47,319 bases of DNA, taken from contig JANRJA010000006.1 of the NCBI GenBank assembly GCA_033764315.1, positions 1 through 47,319 on the forward strand. Reading direction: 5' to 3'. The notes beneath the pieces are model-generated. The model searched no databases. It was not told the DNA's origin and worked only from the letters and a program-made list of their open reading frames with translations. A program made the position numbers and the translations under genes. Shown in pieces: positions 27,127 to 36,924 of the stretch; position 1 is the first letter of the stretch, and each line of letters opens with the position of its first letter. Origin of the DNA: Oculatellaceae cyanobacterium bins.114 (GTDB taxonomy: Bacteria > Cyanobacteriota > Cyanobacteriia > Elainellales > Elainellaceae).

Positions 27127-29127
27127 ATGTCTACTTTTGTTGCTGTTGATCAAATCGAAAAAGTCTTCCCCCTTACAGGAGGCGGTCAATACATCGCTCT
27201 CAAAGGCATTGATTTAGAAATCAAACAAGGCGAATTTATCTCCTTAATTGGTCACTCTGGTTGTGGCAAATCGACCCTGCTAAACATGATTGCTGGGCTT
27301 GATTTACCAACCGATGGACTAGTGACATTAGAGGGCAAACGTATTGATAGCCCTGGCCCCGATCGGATGGTGGTGTTTCAAAACTACTCGCTGTTGCCCT
27401 GGTTAACTGTGCGAGAAAATATTGCACTGGCCGTGGATGAGGTCTGTAAAGGCTTACCTAAATCAGAGCGGCGTGATCTGATTGAAGAACATATCGATTT
27501 GGTAGGTTTACGTCATGCGGCAGATCGGCAACCGGGGCATCTATCGGGTGGTATGAAACAACGGGTGGCGATCGCCCGGGCGTTAGCAACTCGTCCAAAA
27601 CTGCTGCTGCTGGATGAACCGTTTGGGGCATTAGATGCTTTGACTCGCGGTAATCTGCAAGAACAACTGATGCGGATTTGCGAACAATATCATGTCACCT
27701 CCGTGATGGTGACACACGATGTGGATGAAGCAGTGCTGTTATCCGATCGCATTGTCATGTTGACCAATGGGCCCGCCTCTAAAATTGGTGGCATTCTGGA
27801 TGTAGATATTCCTCGTCCCCGTAAACGCATGGATGTGGTCAGTCACCCCAGCTATTACAGCTTGCGATCGGAGTTGATCTACTTCCTCAACCAACAAAAG
27901 CGCATCAAAAAATTGCAAGCCCGCAAACAAGTGGCGATCGCCCATCACGGCTTAGAAAAAGTCAATCTCGAAATTGGTTTTGTGCCTCTGACTGCCTGTG
28001 CACCAGTGGTTGTTGCCAAAGAAAAAGGCTTCTTCACAAAGCATGGATTAGACGATGTGCATCTCGTGCGCGAAACCAGTTGGCGCGGCATTGTCGATGG
28101 CATCACAGGGAAGTATCTAGATGCGGCTCAAATGCCTGCGGGAATGCCTGTTTGGCTCTCAGCCGGAGGACACCAGGAAACGCCAACGCCAGTAGTGAGT
28201 GCCTTAACGATGACTCGCAATGGCAACGCCATCACCCTCGATCGCAAGTTTTACGACCAGGGCATTTATTCCGCCAAAGATATCAAGCGCATGTTGCTAG
28301 AGTCAGTCGATCGGCAACACACCTTTGGTATTGTTCACCCCTCTTCTATGCACAACCTGTTGTTGCGCTATTGGTTGGCGGCGGGCGGCATTGACCCCGA
28401 TCGCGATGTGACTCTCAAAAATCTGCCTCCGGCTCAAATGATTGTAGATTTAAAGGCAGGCAGCATTGATGGTTATTGCGTGGGTGAACCCTGGAATCTG
28501 CGGGCAGCGATCGAAGGGATTGGTTTTACCGTTGCCACCGATCTAGAGATTTGGGAAGGACACCCCGGCAAGGTGTTAGGCGTTCGGGAGGAGTGGGCAA
28601 ACCAATATCCCAATACTCACATTGCTCTAGTCAAAGCGTTGCTGGAAGCGTGCCGCTATTGCGCCGATGAAGCTAATGCAGAAGAAATTCGTACCATTTT
28701 GGCACAACGGGAATATATTGGCACCAGCGTCGATTACATTCATTTAGGCGACCCCAATCGACTGGTCTGCAACTTAGAAAGCCCCATGCGGGAATATGCT
28801 CACCACTTGTTCTATGGTCAGGGAGTCAATCGCCCCAGCCGTAGCGAACATTTGTGGATGATGACCCAAATGGCTCGCTGGTCAGATATTCCTTTCCCAC
28901 GCAACTGGTTAGAGGTGCTAGAGCGGGTTTGTCGGGTTGATGTGTTTAGCACTGCCGCACGGGAGATTGGCATTCTCGATGTGAAATATCATCGGGGACC
29001 GATTCAACTGTTTGATGGTATTCCTTTTGACTCTGATGAACCGATCGCCTATCTCAATAGCTTGTCGATTAAACGCGATTTTAGCGTGGCAGAAGTGGCG
29101 ATCGGCTCTCGTCGAATAGCGGCATAG
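27127..29127 (+). CDS. cmpC: BCT1 ATP-binding subunit with C-terminal regulatory solute-binding-like domain
   Basis: GHSGCGKST, LSGGMKQR and LLLLDEPF, plus a C-terminal NrtA-like domain. Start is ATG 27127. Confidence 0.9.
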   Translation: MSTFVAVDQIEKVFPLTGGGQYIALKGIDLEIKQGEFISLIGHSGCGKSTLLNMIAGLDLPTDGLVTLEGKRIDSPGPDRMVVFQNYSLLPWLTVRENIALAVDEVCKGLPKSERRDLIEEHIDLVGLRHAADRQPGHLSGGMKQRVAIARALATRPKLLLLDEPFGALDALTRGNLQEQLMRICEQYHVTSVMVTHDVDEAVLLSDRIVMLTNGPASKIGGILDVDIPRPRKRMDVVSHPSYYSLRSELIYFLNQQKRIKKLQARKQVAIAHHGLEKVNLEIGFVPLTACAPVVVAKEKGFFTKHGLDDVHLVRETSWRGIVDGITGKYLDAAQMPAGMPVWLSAGGHQETPTPVVSALTMTRNGNAITLDRKFYDQGIYSAKDIKRMLLESVDRQHTFGIVHPSSMHNLLLRYWLAAGGIDPDRDVTLKNLPPAQMIVDLKAGSIDGYCVGEPWNLRAAIEGIGFTVATDLEIWEGHPGKVLGVREEWANQYPNTHIALVKALLEACRYCADEANAEEIRTILAQREYIGTSVDYIHLGDPNRLVCNLESPMREYAHHLFYGQGVNRPSRSEHLWMMTQMARWSDIPFPRNWLEVLERVCRVDVFSTAAREIGILDVKYHRGPIQLFDGIPFDSDEPIAYLNSLSIKRDFSVAEVAIGSRRIAA

Positions 29128-29399
29128 TTCATCAAGCAGCGTCTCTTTGAGAGAGCAAATTAGGCGGGTGACGTGGTGCGAGCACCTCGCTCGTGGGCAA
29201 GATGCCCGCACTACAACCATCCACGAATTGTACTAACTTAAGAATGGTGAGCAACGCCCACCCTAAAGTTACTCCAAGGTTCTTGGCGATTGATGAACGC
29301 TTGTTTCGGTACTCTTCATTTGCACATTGATGTATTCACCTCTGACCACTGAGGTTTTGATCCTATCCCTCCTAGTTTTTTTACCGTGATACTCAGCCT

Positions 29400-30107
29400 A
29401 TGTCTACGCTATTTGACTTGATTGTAAAAGGGGGTCCGATCATGATTCCGATTATGGGATTGTCTGTCGGAACCATTGCCTGTGCGTTTGATCGGGCCTG
29501 GTTTTGGTATCGTCTACTCAGCCAAGAAAAACAAATTGTTCATGATGTGCTGACAGCCGCCAAAACTGATTTAGAGGAAGCTGCTGCGATCGCTGAAAAT
29601 GCTCAAAACTTACCGATTGGTCGCTTTCTCTTAGCCCCCTTGCGATTGCAAACTCCTAGCCCTGAAACATTTCGACTGGCAATGGAAACCACGGCAGATG
29701 AGGAATTTATGCAAATGTCAAAGGGCAACACCATGCTAGAAGCAGGCATTACCATTGCACCTTTGTTAGGGTTGCTCGGTACTGTAACCGGGTTAATTAT
29801 CACCTTCAACAACATTAATATTGGCGGCGGAGGGGGTGCCAATGTTGACCTCTCTAAAGCTGCCGCTGGTATTGCAGAAGCGTTAATTACAACTGCAGGG
29901 GGAATGATTGTTGCGATCATTGCTGCTTCTTTATTGCGGGTGTTTTTAAGATTGCAACAACAACAGGTTGATTACTTCGCCCAAGTTGGAGGCAAGTTAG
30001 AGCTGGTGTATCGCCAACATTGGTATGAACCGCTCTTTCAACACAGCCAGTATGCAACACCTGATTCAAATGAATCTGAATTGTTAGCCAGTTCTGGGCA
30101 AAAATAA
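29400..30107 (+). CDS. MotA/TolQ/ExbB proton channel family protein
   Basis: KGGPIMIPI, APLLGLLGTVTGLI and GIAEALITTAGGMIVAI, with three TM helices. Confidence 0.9.
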   Translation: MSTLFDLIVKGGPIMIPIMGLSVGTIACAFDRAWFWYRLLSQEKQIVHDVLTAAKTDLEEAAAIAENAQNLPIGRFLLAPLRLQTPSPETFRLAMETTADEEFMQMSKGNTMLEAGITIAPLLGLLGTVTGLIITFNNINIGGGGGANVDLSKAAAGIAEALITTAGGMIVAIIAASLLRVFLRLQQQQVDYFAQVGGKLELVYRQHWYEPLFQHSQYATPDSNESELLASSGQK

Positions 30108-30191
30108 CACGCCTAACCCATTGGTGCGGCTGATGTATTGTCGTTCATTCATTTCACCATTTCTATGTTGTCGTCTAACCCTCCCACCCAA

Positions 30192-31034
30192 ATGTCTACA
30201 GCTACTATTCCACAATCCGTCTCAGACCAATTTTCTACAAGTCCTTCGTTTCTCACGTTGAGCAACGTCACTAAAGTCTACCCAACGCCATCGGGTATGA
30301 ATGTGGTGATCAAAGACATTGACCTGACGGTGCAAGAAGGGGAGTTTATCTGCATCATTGGACACTCAGGCTGTGGCAAATCAACTTTGTTAAACACAAT
30401 TTCTGGATTTGCTTTGCCTGATGCAGGAGAAGTGTTGTTGCGGGGTAAAAAAGTCACCCAGCCTGGGCCCGATCGCATGGTGGTGTTTCAAAACTATGCC
30501 CTATTACCGTGGTTGACTGCCTTTGAGAACGTCTACATCGCGATCGACTCGGTGCACCCTCGTAAACTCGAAGCCGAAAAACGGGCGATCGCTCGTGATC
30601 ATTTGGCAATGGTGGGGTTGGGTGATGCAATGGATAAGAAACCTCCGCAACTCTCTGGGGGAATGAAGCAACGGGTCGCGATCGCCCGAGCATTAGCTAT
30701 TCAACCCGAAGTGCTGATCTTAGATGAACCCTTTGGGGCACTGGATGCCATCACCAAAGAAGAACTACAAGAGGAACTCTTGAAAATCTGGCAAGAGCAT
30801 CGCTGCACTGTGTTGATGATCACTCACGACATTGATGAGGCTCTGTTCCTTGCCGATCGCTTGGTGATGATGACCAACGGACCTGCGGCAGGGATTGGGG
30901 AAATTCTCGATATTTCATTCCCTCGTCCTCGCGATCGCGCCCAAATTATGGAAGATCCGCACTACTATGATTTGCGAAACCATGCCCTCGACTTTCTCTA
31001 TAATCGCTTTGCTCACGATGACACAGCCGATTAG
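30192..31034 (+). CDS. cmpD: BCT1 ATP-binding subunit
   Basis: GHSGCGKST, LSGGMKQR, LILDEPF and C-terminal YYDLRNHALDFLY. The start is uncertain (30165 or 30192). Confidence 0.87.
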   Translation: MSTATIPQSVSDQFSTSPSFLTLSNVTKVYPTPSGMNVVIKDIDLTVQEGEFICIIGHSGCGKSTLLNTISGFALPDAGEVLLRGKKVTQPGPDRMVVFQNYALLPWLTAFENVYIAIDSVHPRKLEAEKRAIARDHLAMVGLGDAMDKKPPQLSGGMKQRVAIARALAIQPEVLILDEPFGALDAITKEELQEELLKIWQEHRCTVLMITHDIDEALFLADRLVMMTNGPAAGIGEILDISFPRPRDRAQIMEDPHYYDLRNHALDFLYNRFAHDDTAD

Positions 31035-31065
31035 GATCGTGGATTTAATAACTCCGAATTCTTGC

Positions 31066-31142
31066 GTAGGATGGATTAGCATAGCATAACCCACGCGGTT
31101 CGCGGGATTGATGCGTTACGGCTAACGCCTAAAACATCCTAC
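31066..31142. repeat. REP-like palindromic element
   Basis: GTAGGATG ... CATCCTAC termini with internal imperfect palindromes, directly after cmpD. Confidence 0.55.
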
Positions 31143-31280
31143 AAAAGCCAATGTTATAGCCGTAGCCACATTCGATGGAGCGGAGGCGAGTCAGAAAGCT
31201 TTCCCAGCATCAGGATTTGAGCCATTGCCTTTGCCTTAAGCTTTCTGACCAAAGCTATATTTAATTCTCATTTCTAAACA

Positions 31281-31319
31281 AGTAAGGATATGCCGCGCAG
31301 GGCGCGGCATATCCTTACT
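31281..31319. repeat. Perfect 18-bp-stem hairpin
   Basis: AGTAAGGATATGCCGCGC-AGG-GCGCGGCATATCCTTACT. Confidence 0.8.
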
Positions 31320-31450
31320 CAAAAATCATTACTTTTAGAGGACTACTCGGTAATATAGGTATTGGTGAAAACCATCTTATGGTTTGCCAACTGCTGCGTC
31401 CTTACGACGGTTGACCGTTACCTTTTTTTCTCTCTTTGCTTCTTTCTGCT

Positions 31451-32305
31451 ATGTCATCAGATCGCTTTCGAGGGCGAGTTGGAGTGATTGCCACGATGCA
31501 TGGCAAAGAGGCGGTCATGGCTCCCCTGTTAGAGCAGGAGTTGGGGATTCGCGCGACGGTTCCCAAAGATTTTAATACCGATGTGTGGGGGACATTTACT
31601 CGCGATGTTAAGCGTCCGGGTGATCAGCTGCAAACGGTCTGGCTCAAAGCTCAAGAGGCGATCGCCCGCACTGGTATCACACTTGCCTTTGCCAGCGAGG
31701 GCAGCTTTGGACCTCATCCGGTGTTGCCATTTGTGGGGTGCGATCGCGAAATTGTGATGCTAGTCGATCGCGACCATGACCTCAAAATTGTGGGTCAAGC
31801 GATTTCTACAGACACCAACTATGCCCAAAAACGGGTCGATAACCTGGAGACTGCCCTGGCATTTGCAACTCAGGTTGGCTTTCCTCAGCATGGGTTGATT
31901 GCTATGCCCGATCCCCATACAACAGATCCTTCGATAATAATTAAAGGCATTGCCACCAATACCCAATTAGAGGAAGTAGTCACAACATTACTTCAGCAGT
32001 TTGGACAGGCTCACCTCGAAACTGACATGCGAGCGATGCATAACCCGACTCGCATGAAGGTGATTGCCGAGGCGACTCAAGACTTACTCAATAAGATCAG
32101 CCAGACCTGCCCCCAGTGTGGTACTCCTGGTTTTAATGTTGTGAATCACAAACTGGGTTTGCCCTGTGCGTTGTGTGCCTTCCCAACCGGATTAACTCTA
32201 GCTGACATCCAACAGTGTTCTAAGTGCGGTTTTACAAACACTGTGTATTTTCCTAAAGGGCAAGAAACGGCTGATCCGGCTCAATGCGGGTATTGTAATC
32301 CGTAG
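31451..32305 (+). CDS. DUF6671-like protein with C-terminal four-CxxC zinc-binding region
   Basis: IATMHGKE, ASEGSFGPHP, ETDMRAMHNPTRM, then CPQC, CALC, CSKC and CGYCNP. Start is ATG 31451. Confidence 0.8.
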   Translation: MSSDRFRGRVGVIATMHGKEAVMAPLLEQELGIRATVPKDFNTDVWGTFTRDVKRPGDQLQTVWLKAQEAIARTGITLAFASEGSFGPHPVLPFVGCDREIVMLVDRDHDLKIVGQAISTDTNYAQKRVDNLETALAFATQVGFPQHGLIAMPDPHTTDPSIIIKGIATNTQLEEVVTTLLQQFGQAHLETDMRAMHNPTRMKVIAEATQDLLNKISQTCPQCGTPGFNVVNHKLGLPCALCAFPTGLTLADIQQCSKCGFTNTVYFPKGQETADPAQCGYCNP

Positions 32306-32334
32306 GGAGGAATGTAGGGGGTGGGGATTGGGGC

Positions 32335-32686
32335 GATCGCCCCAACTAATGCTTTTTGGTCAATCGGTTTCGCTAAAAAGAATTGATAGCTCGCTGTCCA
32401 CTTTCTTTATCAACCATCGCAGTGATGGCGATCGCCGTTAGTGCGCCCCCTCGATCTCAGCCACTACTTCTAATCTGGTGTATCAACTGATAGCCATCCG
32501 TTTCAGGCATAGCAATGTCACTCAGCAGAATATCCGGTTTTGCCGCTCTAAAATCTCTAGAGCTTCAGTGGCAGAGGCGATAGATGTTACGTTTGCCCCC
32601 TCCTGTTCAAGGATGTAAGTCAGAAGAAAGCGAGTATTCCAGTCATCATCTACAATCAGCAGTGAAAGTCTGCCTAGAACTGTCAT
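32335..32686 (-). pseudogene. Degraded response-regulator receiver domain
   Basis: Manual translation gives MTVLGRLSLLIVDDDWNTRFLLTYILEQEGANVTSIASATEALEILER, a frameshift, KPDILLSDIAMPETDGYQLIHQIRSSG*DRGGALTAIAITA...., a second frameshift, then FLAKPIDQKALVGAIA. Confidence 0.8.
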
Positions 32687-33038
32687 CCACACCCCCATTT
32701 ACTGGAACATTACGCTACTATTTCTCTAAAGCTGTCAACAGGGTAAAATCAGCCGAACAAAAATAGAGTTGTGGCTTCCAAGACACTCCAGTTTGCTCGA
32801 CAAGCTTTATATTCTTTAAATAACTACCATAAGGCAGAATTTGTGGTCGCGTTTCCAATTTTGATTTAGACAAATCGTCCTAAAATCGGTCATAGCTACC
32901 CCCATTAACCGCATTAACCCTGCTGCCTGAACGTCTTATTAGGAAAGCCCCCTCTACGCCTTCGAAGATCCACTTCAAGGTGTCAACGTCTGAGTGATCA
33001 TCTCTCCATAGTCCACTTGTAGCAAAGCCCCCATAATC

Positions 33039-33470
33039 ATGACTGCATCATTCGCTTCCGAACAACCCGTTCCCCAGTGGTTTCGTTATTGCTTATACCT
33101 TTCAGCCATCATTAGTTTTTTAGGAGCGGTCTTCTTCTCGCCGCCCATCTATTTCACCCGTGGCGTCAAAATTGGATTGCCTGCGGATGCCGCTCCGTTT
33201 TGCCTATGGATCATTACCGCCTGGATTTTTATTTTGGGCGTGGGCTATGCCTATGTCGCTTGGACTAATCAGATGCAAAAATTCTTTCTTGCAGTATCGG
33301 CTGCATTTAAGTTGTCGATTGGCGTCATCTTGTTGGTGTACTGGTTCAATGGAACGCTGCCCTGGATCTCCGGTTTAGTGGGTTCCAGTGATGTATTTTT
33401 TGGTCTTGTTTTTATCTTTGTGCTGTTGCAAGCTTCTACTAGTCGGCGATCGCAACCTAGCGTTACATGA
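33039..33470 (+). CDS. Hypothetical four-TM membrane protein
   Basis: 143-aa ORF with four hydrophobic segments. Its stop overlaps the next start (ATGA). Confidence 0.7.
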   Translation: MTASFASEQPVPQWFRYCLYLSAIISFLGAVFFSPPIYFTRGVKIGLPADAAPFCLWIITAWIFILGVGYAYVAWTNQMQKFFLAVSAAFKLSIGVILLVYWFNGTLPWISGLVGSSDVFFGLVFIFVLLQASTSRRSQPSVT

Positions 33471-33889
33471 TCATTCGCGTGTTTGATCCAGCGGATGAGT
33501 CTGCCGTGATTGCGTTATGGCAACAATGCGGTTTGACTCGTCCCTGGAACGATCCTCACAAAGATATTCAGCGCAAACGGCAGATACAACCCCATCTGTT
33601 TTTGGTTGGTGTTGCCGAATCAGCGATCGCCGCAACGGTGATGGCAGGCTATGATGGACACCGGGGGTGGATCAATTATCTGGCGGTGGCTCCTCAATAT
33701 CAGCGTCAAGGGTTTGGCAAAACAATGCTGGCAGAAGCTGAGCAACGGCTATGCGAAATGGGTTGCCCTAAAATAAGCTTGTTGGTGCGATCAAGCAATC
33801 GCGAGGTGATTGAGTTTTATCAACGCTTGGGGTTCACGCTTGATGATGCAGTGAGCCTAGGCAAACGGTTAGAACACGACGATCGCTAA
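33467..33889 (+). CDS. GNAT family acetyltransferase (YpeA-like)
   Basis: GLTRPWNDP, MAGYDGHRGWINYLAV, QRQGFG and FYQRLGF. Confidence 0.9.
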   Translation: MIIRVFDPADESAVIALWQQCGLTRPWNDPHKDIQRKRQIQPHLFLVGVAESAIAATVMAGYDGHRGWINYLAVAPQYQRQGFGKTMLAEAEQRLCEMGCPKISLLVRSSNREVIEFYQRLGFTLDDAVSLGKRLEHDDR

Positions 33890-33900
33890 TGCCGTTTCAT

Positions 33901-33964
33901 ATGAGCTTGCACACATAAACGATATGAAAAAGGGGCTTAAGCCCTTTGTCTAGTGCAGCTTCAT
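33901..33964. repeat. Short inverted-repeat element with internal hairpin between convergent genes
   Basis: ATGAGCTTGCAC ... GTGCAGCTTCAT ends enclosing AAGGGGCTTAAGCCCTTT. Confidence 0.45.
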
Positions 33965-34031
33965 CATATTGAATAAGCGTCTATAGCTGCGTTTCAACCT
34001 CCCCCAAATCGTCATCCCAAAATCAGGTTAA

Positions 34032-34601
34032 CTAATCGATGGCTCTCAAAACTTGACAGGGATTGCCTACTGCAACGACATTCGCAGGAATATCTTTGGT
34101 GACGACACTCCCTGCGCCAATGACTGTGTTATCGCCAATGGTGACTCCAGGACAGACGATCGCCCCACCCCCAATCCACACTTGATCGCCGATGTAAATC
34201 GGTGCAGCGAGTTCTTTGCCACTGACGCGAATCGTCGGATCGATTGGGTGATAAGCCGTATATAGTTGCACATTGGGTGCCATCAGCAAATTATTGCCCA
34301 AATGCACTTCGTTGCAATCTAAGATGACGCAGCCAAAATTCATATACACGTTGTCTCCGGCATAAATATTGTTGCCGTAATCGCAATAGAACGGTGGAGT
34401 AATAAAGATATTGCTGCCCACTCGCCCAAATAGTTCTGTAATCAGAGTGGTGCGTTTGTCTAATTCGTCTTCTGTCGTGTTGTTATAGAGCCGCATAAAT
34501 TGCGTTGCTCGTCGTCGTTCTGCAACTAGCTCGTCATCAAAGGAGAGATACAACTCCCCTGCCAACATCTTTTGTTTTTCAGTTTTGAATGGGTCTGTCA
34601 T
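34032..34601 (-). CDS. Sugar O-acetyltransferase (maltose O-acetyltransferase/Maa-like, hexapeptide repeat)
   Basis: EKQKMLAGELY, PPFYCDYG.NI and VWIGGGAIVCPGVTIGDNTVIGAGSVVTKDIP. Confidence 0.9.
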   Translation of the reverse strand: MTDPFKTEKQKMLAGELYLSFDDELVAERRRATQFMRLYNNTTEDELDKRTTLITELFGRVGSNIFITPPFYCDYGNNIYAGDNVYMNFGCVILDCNEVHLGNNLLMAPNVQLYTAYHPIDPTIRVSGKELAAPIYIGDQVWIGGGAIVCPGVTIGDNTVIGAGSVVTKDIPANVVAVGNPCQVLRAID

Positions 34602-35142
34602 TTGTGTTTTTCTGAACTAATGCTTTGTCGATCAATACCTGAATGTCTGCCCATCCAAAAGCAATTTCGATCAGATCTTTACCTCCAATGTTAATCCGTT
34701 GTTGTCGGATGGGTTGTCCCCCTAATGCTTGATAAAATTTACACGCCGGATTGTTAATCAACGCCCATACTAACGTGGATGCAAACCCTGATTGCTTCAG
34801 TTGAGAGGCGATCGCCCCTGCTAACTGGCGTCCATATCCCTGGCGTTGGTAAGCTTGTAAAATATAGATAGCATACACCTCGCCCCAACAGGTTGGTAGT
34901 TGGGTGCGCTCTGCTCCCCCGTTGGCAAATCCAATCACCTCTCCTGTTTGATCTTGAGCCACAAAAATATGGTGATAGTTGCCCTTGATTGCGAGCCACT
35001 TTTGCCAACGGGCTTCTGACTGCTCATATGACATTTGATCTAGATATTGATCAGGCACGATGCCGCGATAGGTTGTGCGCCAGGAATCCACATGGACACG
35101 GGCGATCGCAGGAATATCATCTAGCGTGGCAGGGCGGATCAT
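34579..35142 (-). CDS. GNAT family N-acetyltransferase
   Basis: IRPATLDD.PAIARVHVDSWRTTYRGIVP, YQRQGYG and FYQALGG. Confidence 0.88.
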   Translation of the reverse strand: MIRPATLDDIPAIARVHVDSWRTTYRGIVPDQYLDQMSYEQSEARWQKWLAIKGNYHHIFVAQDQTGEVIGFANGGAERTQLPTCWGEVYAIYILQAYQRQGYGRQLAGAIASQLKQSGFASTLVWALINNPACKFYQALGGQPIRQQRINIGGKDLIEIAFGWADIQVLIDKALVQKNTNDRPIQN

Positions 35143-35266
35143 TCAAAAAAGAAGAAAGAAGAGAAAAAAAGATGCAGGGTAAAAAGTGAAGGTTACGTGT
35201 CATGTGTTGTTGACTCACAATCAATGACGAATAACCAATGACTCCCCATTCAAGACTTATCATCAC

Positions 35267-36766
35267 TCAAAACACCCTTGCGCCAATGTGAATAGCAGTT
35301 GCCTGCATGGGCAACGTTGAAATCGTTACCTGCCCCTGTGCATTGACCGTTAGCATTTGAGTGCGATCGCCACAGCTAGGCTGCCTGAATGTGGTTTCTC
35401 CTTTAAGCGTATTGCAATAGTTTCCTTCAGGCAAATCAGTTTGAAAGGTGCGTGTCAAGAGCTGATCTTCGCGATTAATCACGACAAAGCCTTTGTCTCC
35501 TCGACCAAAGGCAATCTGATTGTTGCCGTTGCTCCACCAGTGGTTGATGGGGGTGTCGGTTGTGATATTGCGGAACTGAATCATCGGGGCGATCGCGTCA
35601 CGTCGATGTTCGCAAACCCATTCCCCAAAACAAACAGCTTGTTCACCTCGATAAACCCTGTGGGTGTTGCCGTTAGCATCGGCGGGTGGGCCTTGATCAC
35701 TATCGTTAAAGCGATAACTCGACATCACCTGGGGGTAGCCATAGGGAAACGCCAACATAAACACGTTTGCCAAATCATATAAGTCAGGGTCTTGGTGAGT
35801 TAGATAGGTGCCGCCACCCCCGTGTCCGCGTTGTTTGTCGTGGTTATCGATAAACACGATCGCCTTGTCACTGGGCATTAACCCCCAGCTTTCGCCCAAG
35901 GTTTCTAACTGAGCGATCGCCTGTCCATCAATTCCCAAAAACTTAGCACCAACCTGTTTACCATATTCAAACTCAATCACATTGCCGTTGTCGTAATACT
36001 CACTTTTTTTGATGGCTTCATTACCCGGATCGATCACCTCTTGATAAATGTAGGGTTCTTGTGTGGTTTGGTGATCGAGCAATGTCAAAATCTCTGCGAT
36101 ATCGCGACTCTCTATATGTTTCGCTGCATCAATGCGAAATCCATCTACGCCCAAGTCCAGCAAGCTGGTCAAATAATCCACAATGTGTTGTTGCACCTGA
36201 GGTGAACTGGTGTTGAGATCGGGCAATCCGACTAGTTGACAGTTAATCACCTCATCCCGATTGGTGTAGTCGGTGATGTTGCGCTTGCAAGGATGGAAAT
36301 CAGAGGGTTGATAGAGGTTGGGATAATGATAAGGCGTGAAGTGTGTGCCCGCACTGCCTACCCCTGGCTCTTGGGCTGACATGTGGTTAATCACCGCATC
36401 AGCGTATATTTTGACGCCTGCACGATGACACCGTTGAATCATGTTGGCAAGCTGAGTGCGATCGCCACTGCGGCTCTGTAATTTATAACTAACAGGTTGA
36501 TAACGCTGCCACCAGGGAAACCTGAATTCAGCAATCACGGCATGCTCGTTAGGAGGTGAAATCTGGACTGCTGCAAACCCATGTGGCCCTAAAAACGTTT
36601 CACATTCTTGGGCAATGTCATCCCATTTCCACTCAAATAAATGGACAAATGCAGTACGAGGGAGCGTTTTTGATGTGCCCATCAGGTCGCTTCGCAGCGA
36701 TAATCCAATAACGAGTACAGATAGCAGTGAAAGAATAAACGCCATCCACGAGAAGCGATTGCCCAT
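35267..36766 (-). CDS. Alpha-amylase, GH13 (animal/actinobacterial-like type), with N-terminal signal or anchor
   Basis: HLFEW, WWQRYQPVSY, DAVINH, GFRIDAAKH, QEVID, FIDNHD and a C-terminal beta domain (WWSNGNNQIAFGRG). Confidence 0.92.
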   Translation of the reverse strand: MGNRFSWMAFILSLLSVLVIGLSLRSDLMGTSKTLPRTAFVHLFEWKWDDIAQECETFLGPHGFAAVQISPPNEHAVIAEFRFPWWQRYQPVSYKLQSRSGDRTQLANMIQRCHRAGVKIYADAVINHMSAQEPGVGSAGTHFTPYHYPNLYQPSDFHPCKRNITDYTNRDEVINCQLVGLPDLNTSSPQVQQHIVDYLTSLLDLGVDGFRIDAAKHIESRDIAEILTLLDHQTTQEPYIYQEVIDPGNEAIKKSEYYDNGNVIEFEYGKQVGAKFLGIDGQAIAQLETLGESWGLMPSDKAIVFIDNHDKQRGHGGGGTYLTHQDPDLYDLANVFMLAFPYGYPQVMSSYRFNDSDQGPPADANGNTHRVYRGEQAVCFGEWVCEHRRDAIAPMIQFRNITTDTPINHWWSNGNNQIAFGRGDKGFVVINREDQLLTRTFQTDLPEGNYCNTLKGETTFRQPSCGDRTQMLTVNAQGQVTISTLPMQATAIHIGARVF

Positions 36767-36802
36767 AAGGTCAGGAACTCAAAAACTGTGTGATTTTAGT
36801 TT

Positions 36803-36876
36803 CTATAGCCACTGAAGAGTTGGTTAGGACGAGGTACAGGGGTTTTGCCCCTTGTATCAACCTTGACAGTTGCTAT
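36803..36876 (+). mobile_element. MITE-like dispersed repeat, family A, copy 2 (internally shorter)
   Basis: CTATAGCCACTGAAGAGTTGGTTAGGACGAGGTACAGGGGTTTTGCCCCTTGTATC...GACAGTTGCTAT. Confidence 0.6.
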
Positions 36877-36924
36877 CGCAATCAATATAAATGGTCAGAC
36901 TTTAGGAAAGTGTCAGGGGTTGAT

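Noticed and set aside
24599-31034. Nitrate transporter nrtABCD
   Set aside because: The binding protein has CmpA-type motifs, there is no adjacent nirA or narB, and the promoter shows LysR-type dyads; I saw no clear NtcA box there.
32584-32766. 60-aa plus-strand ORF
   Set aside because: It is antisense to the receiver-domain pseudogene.
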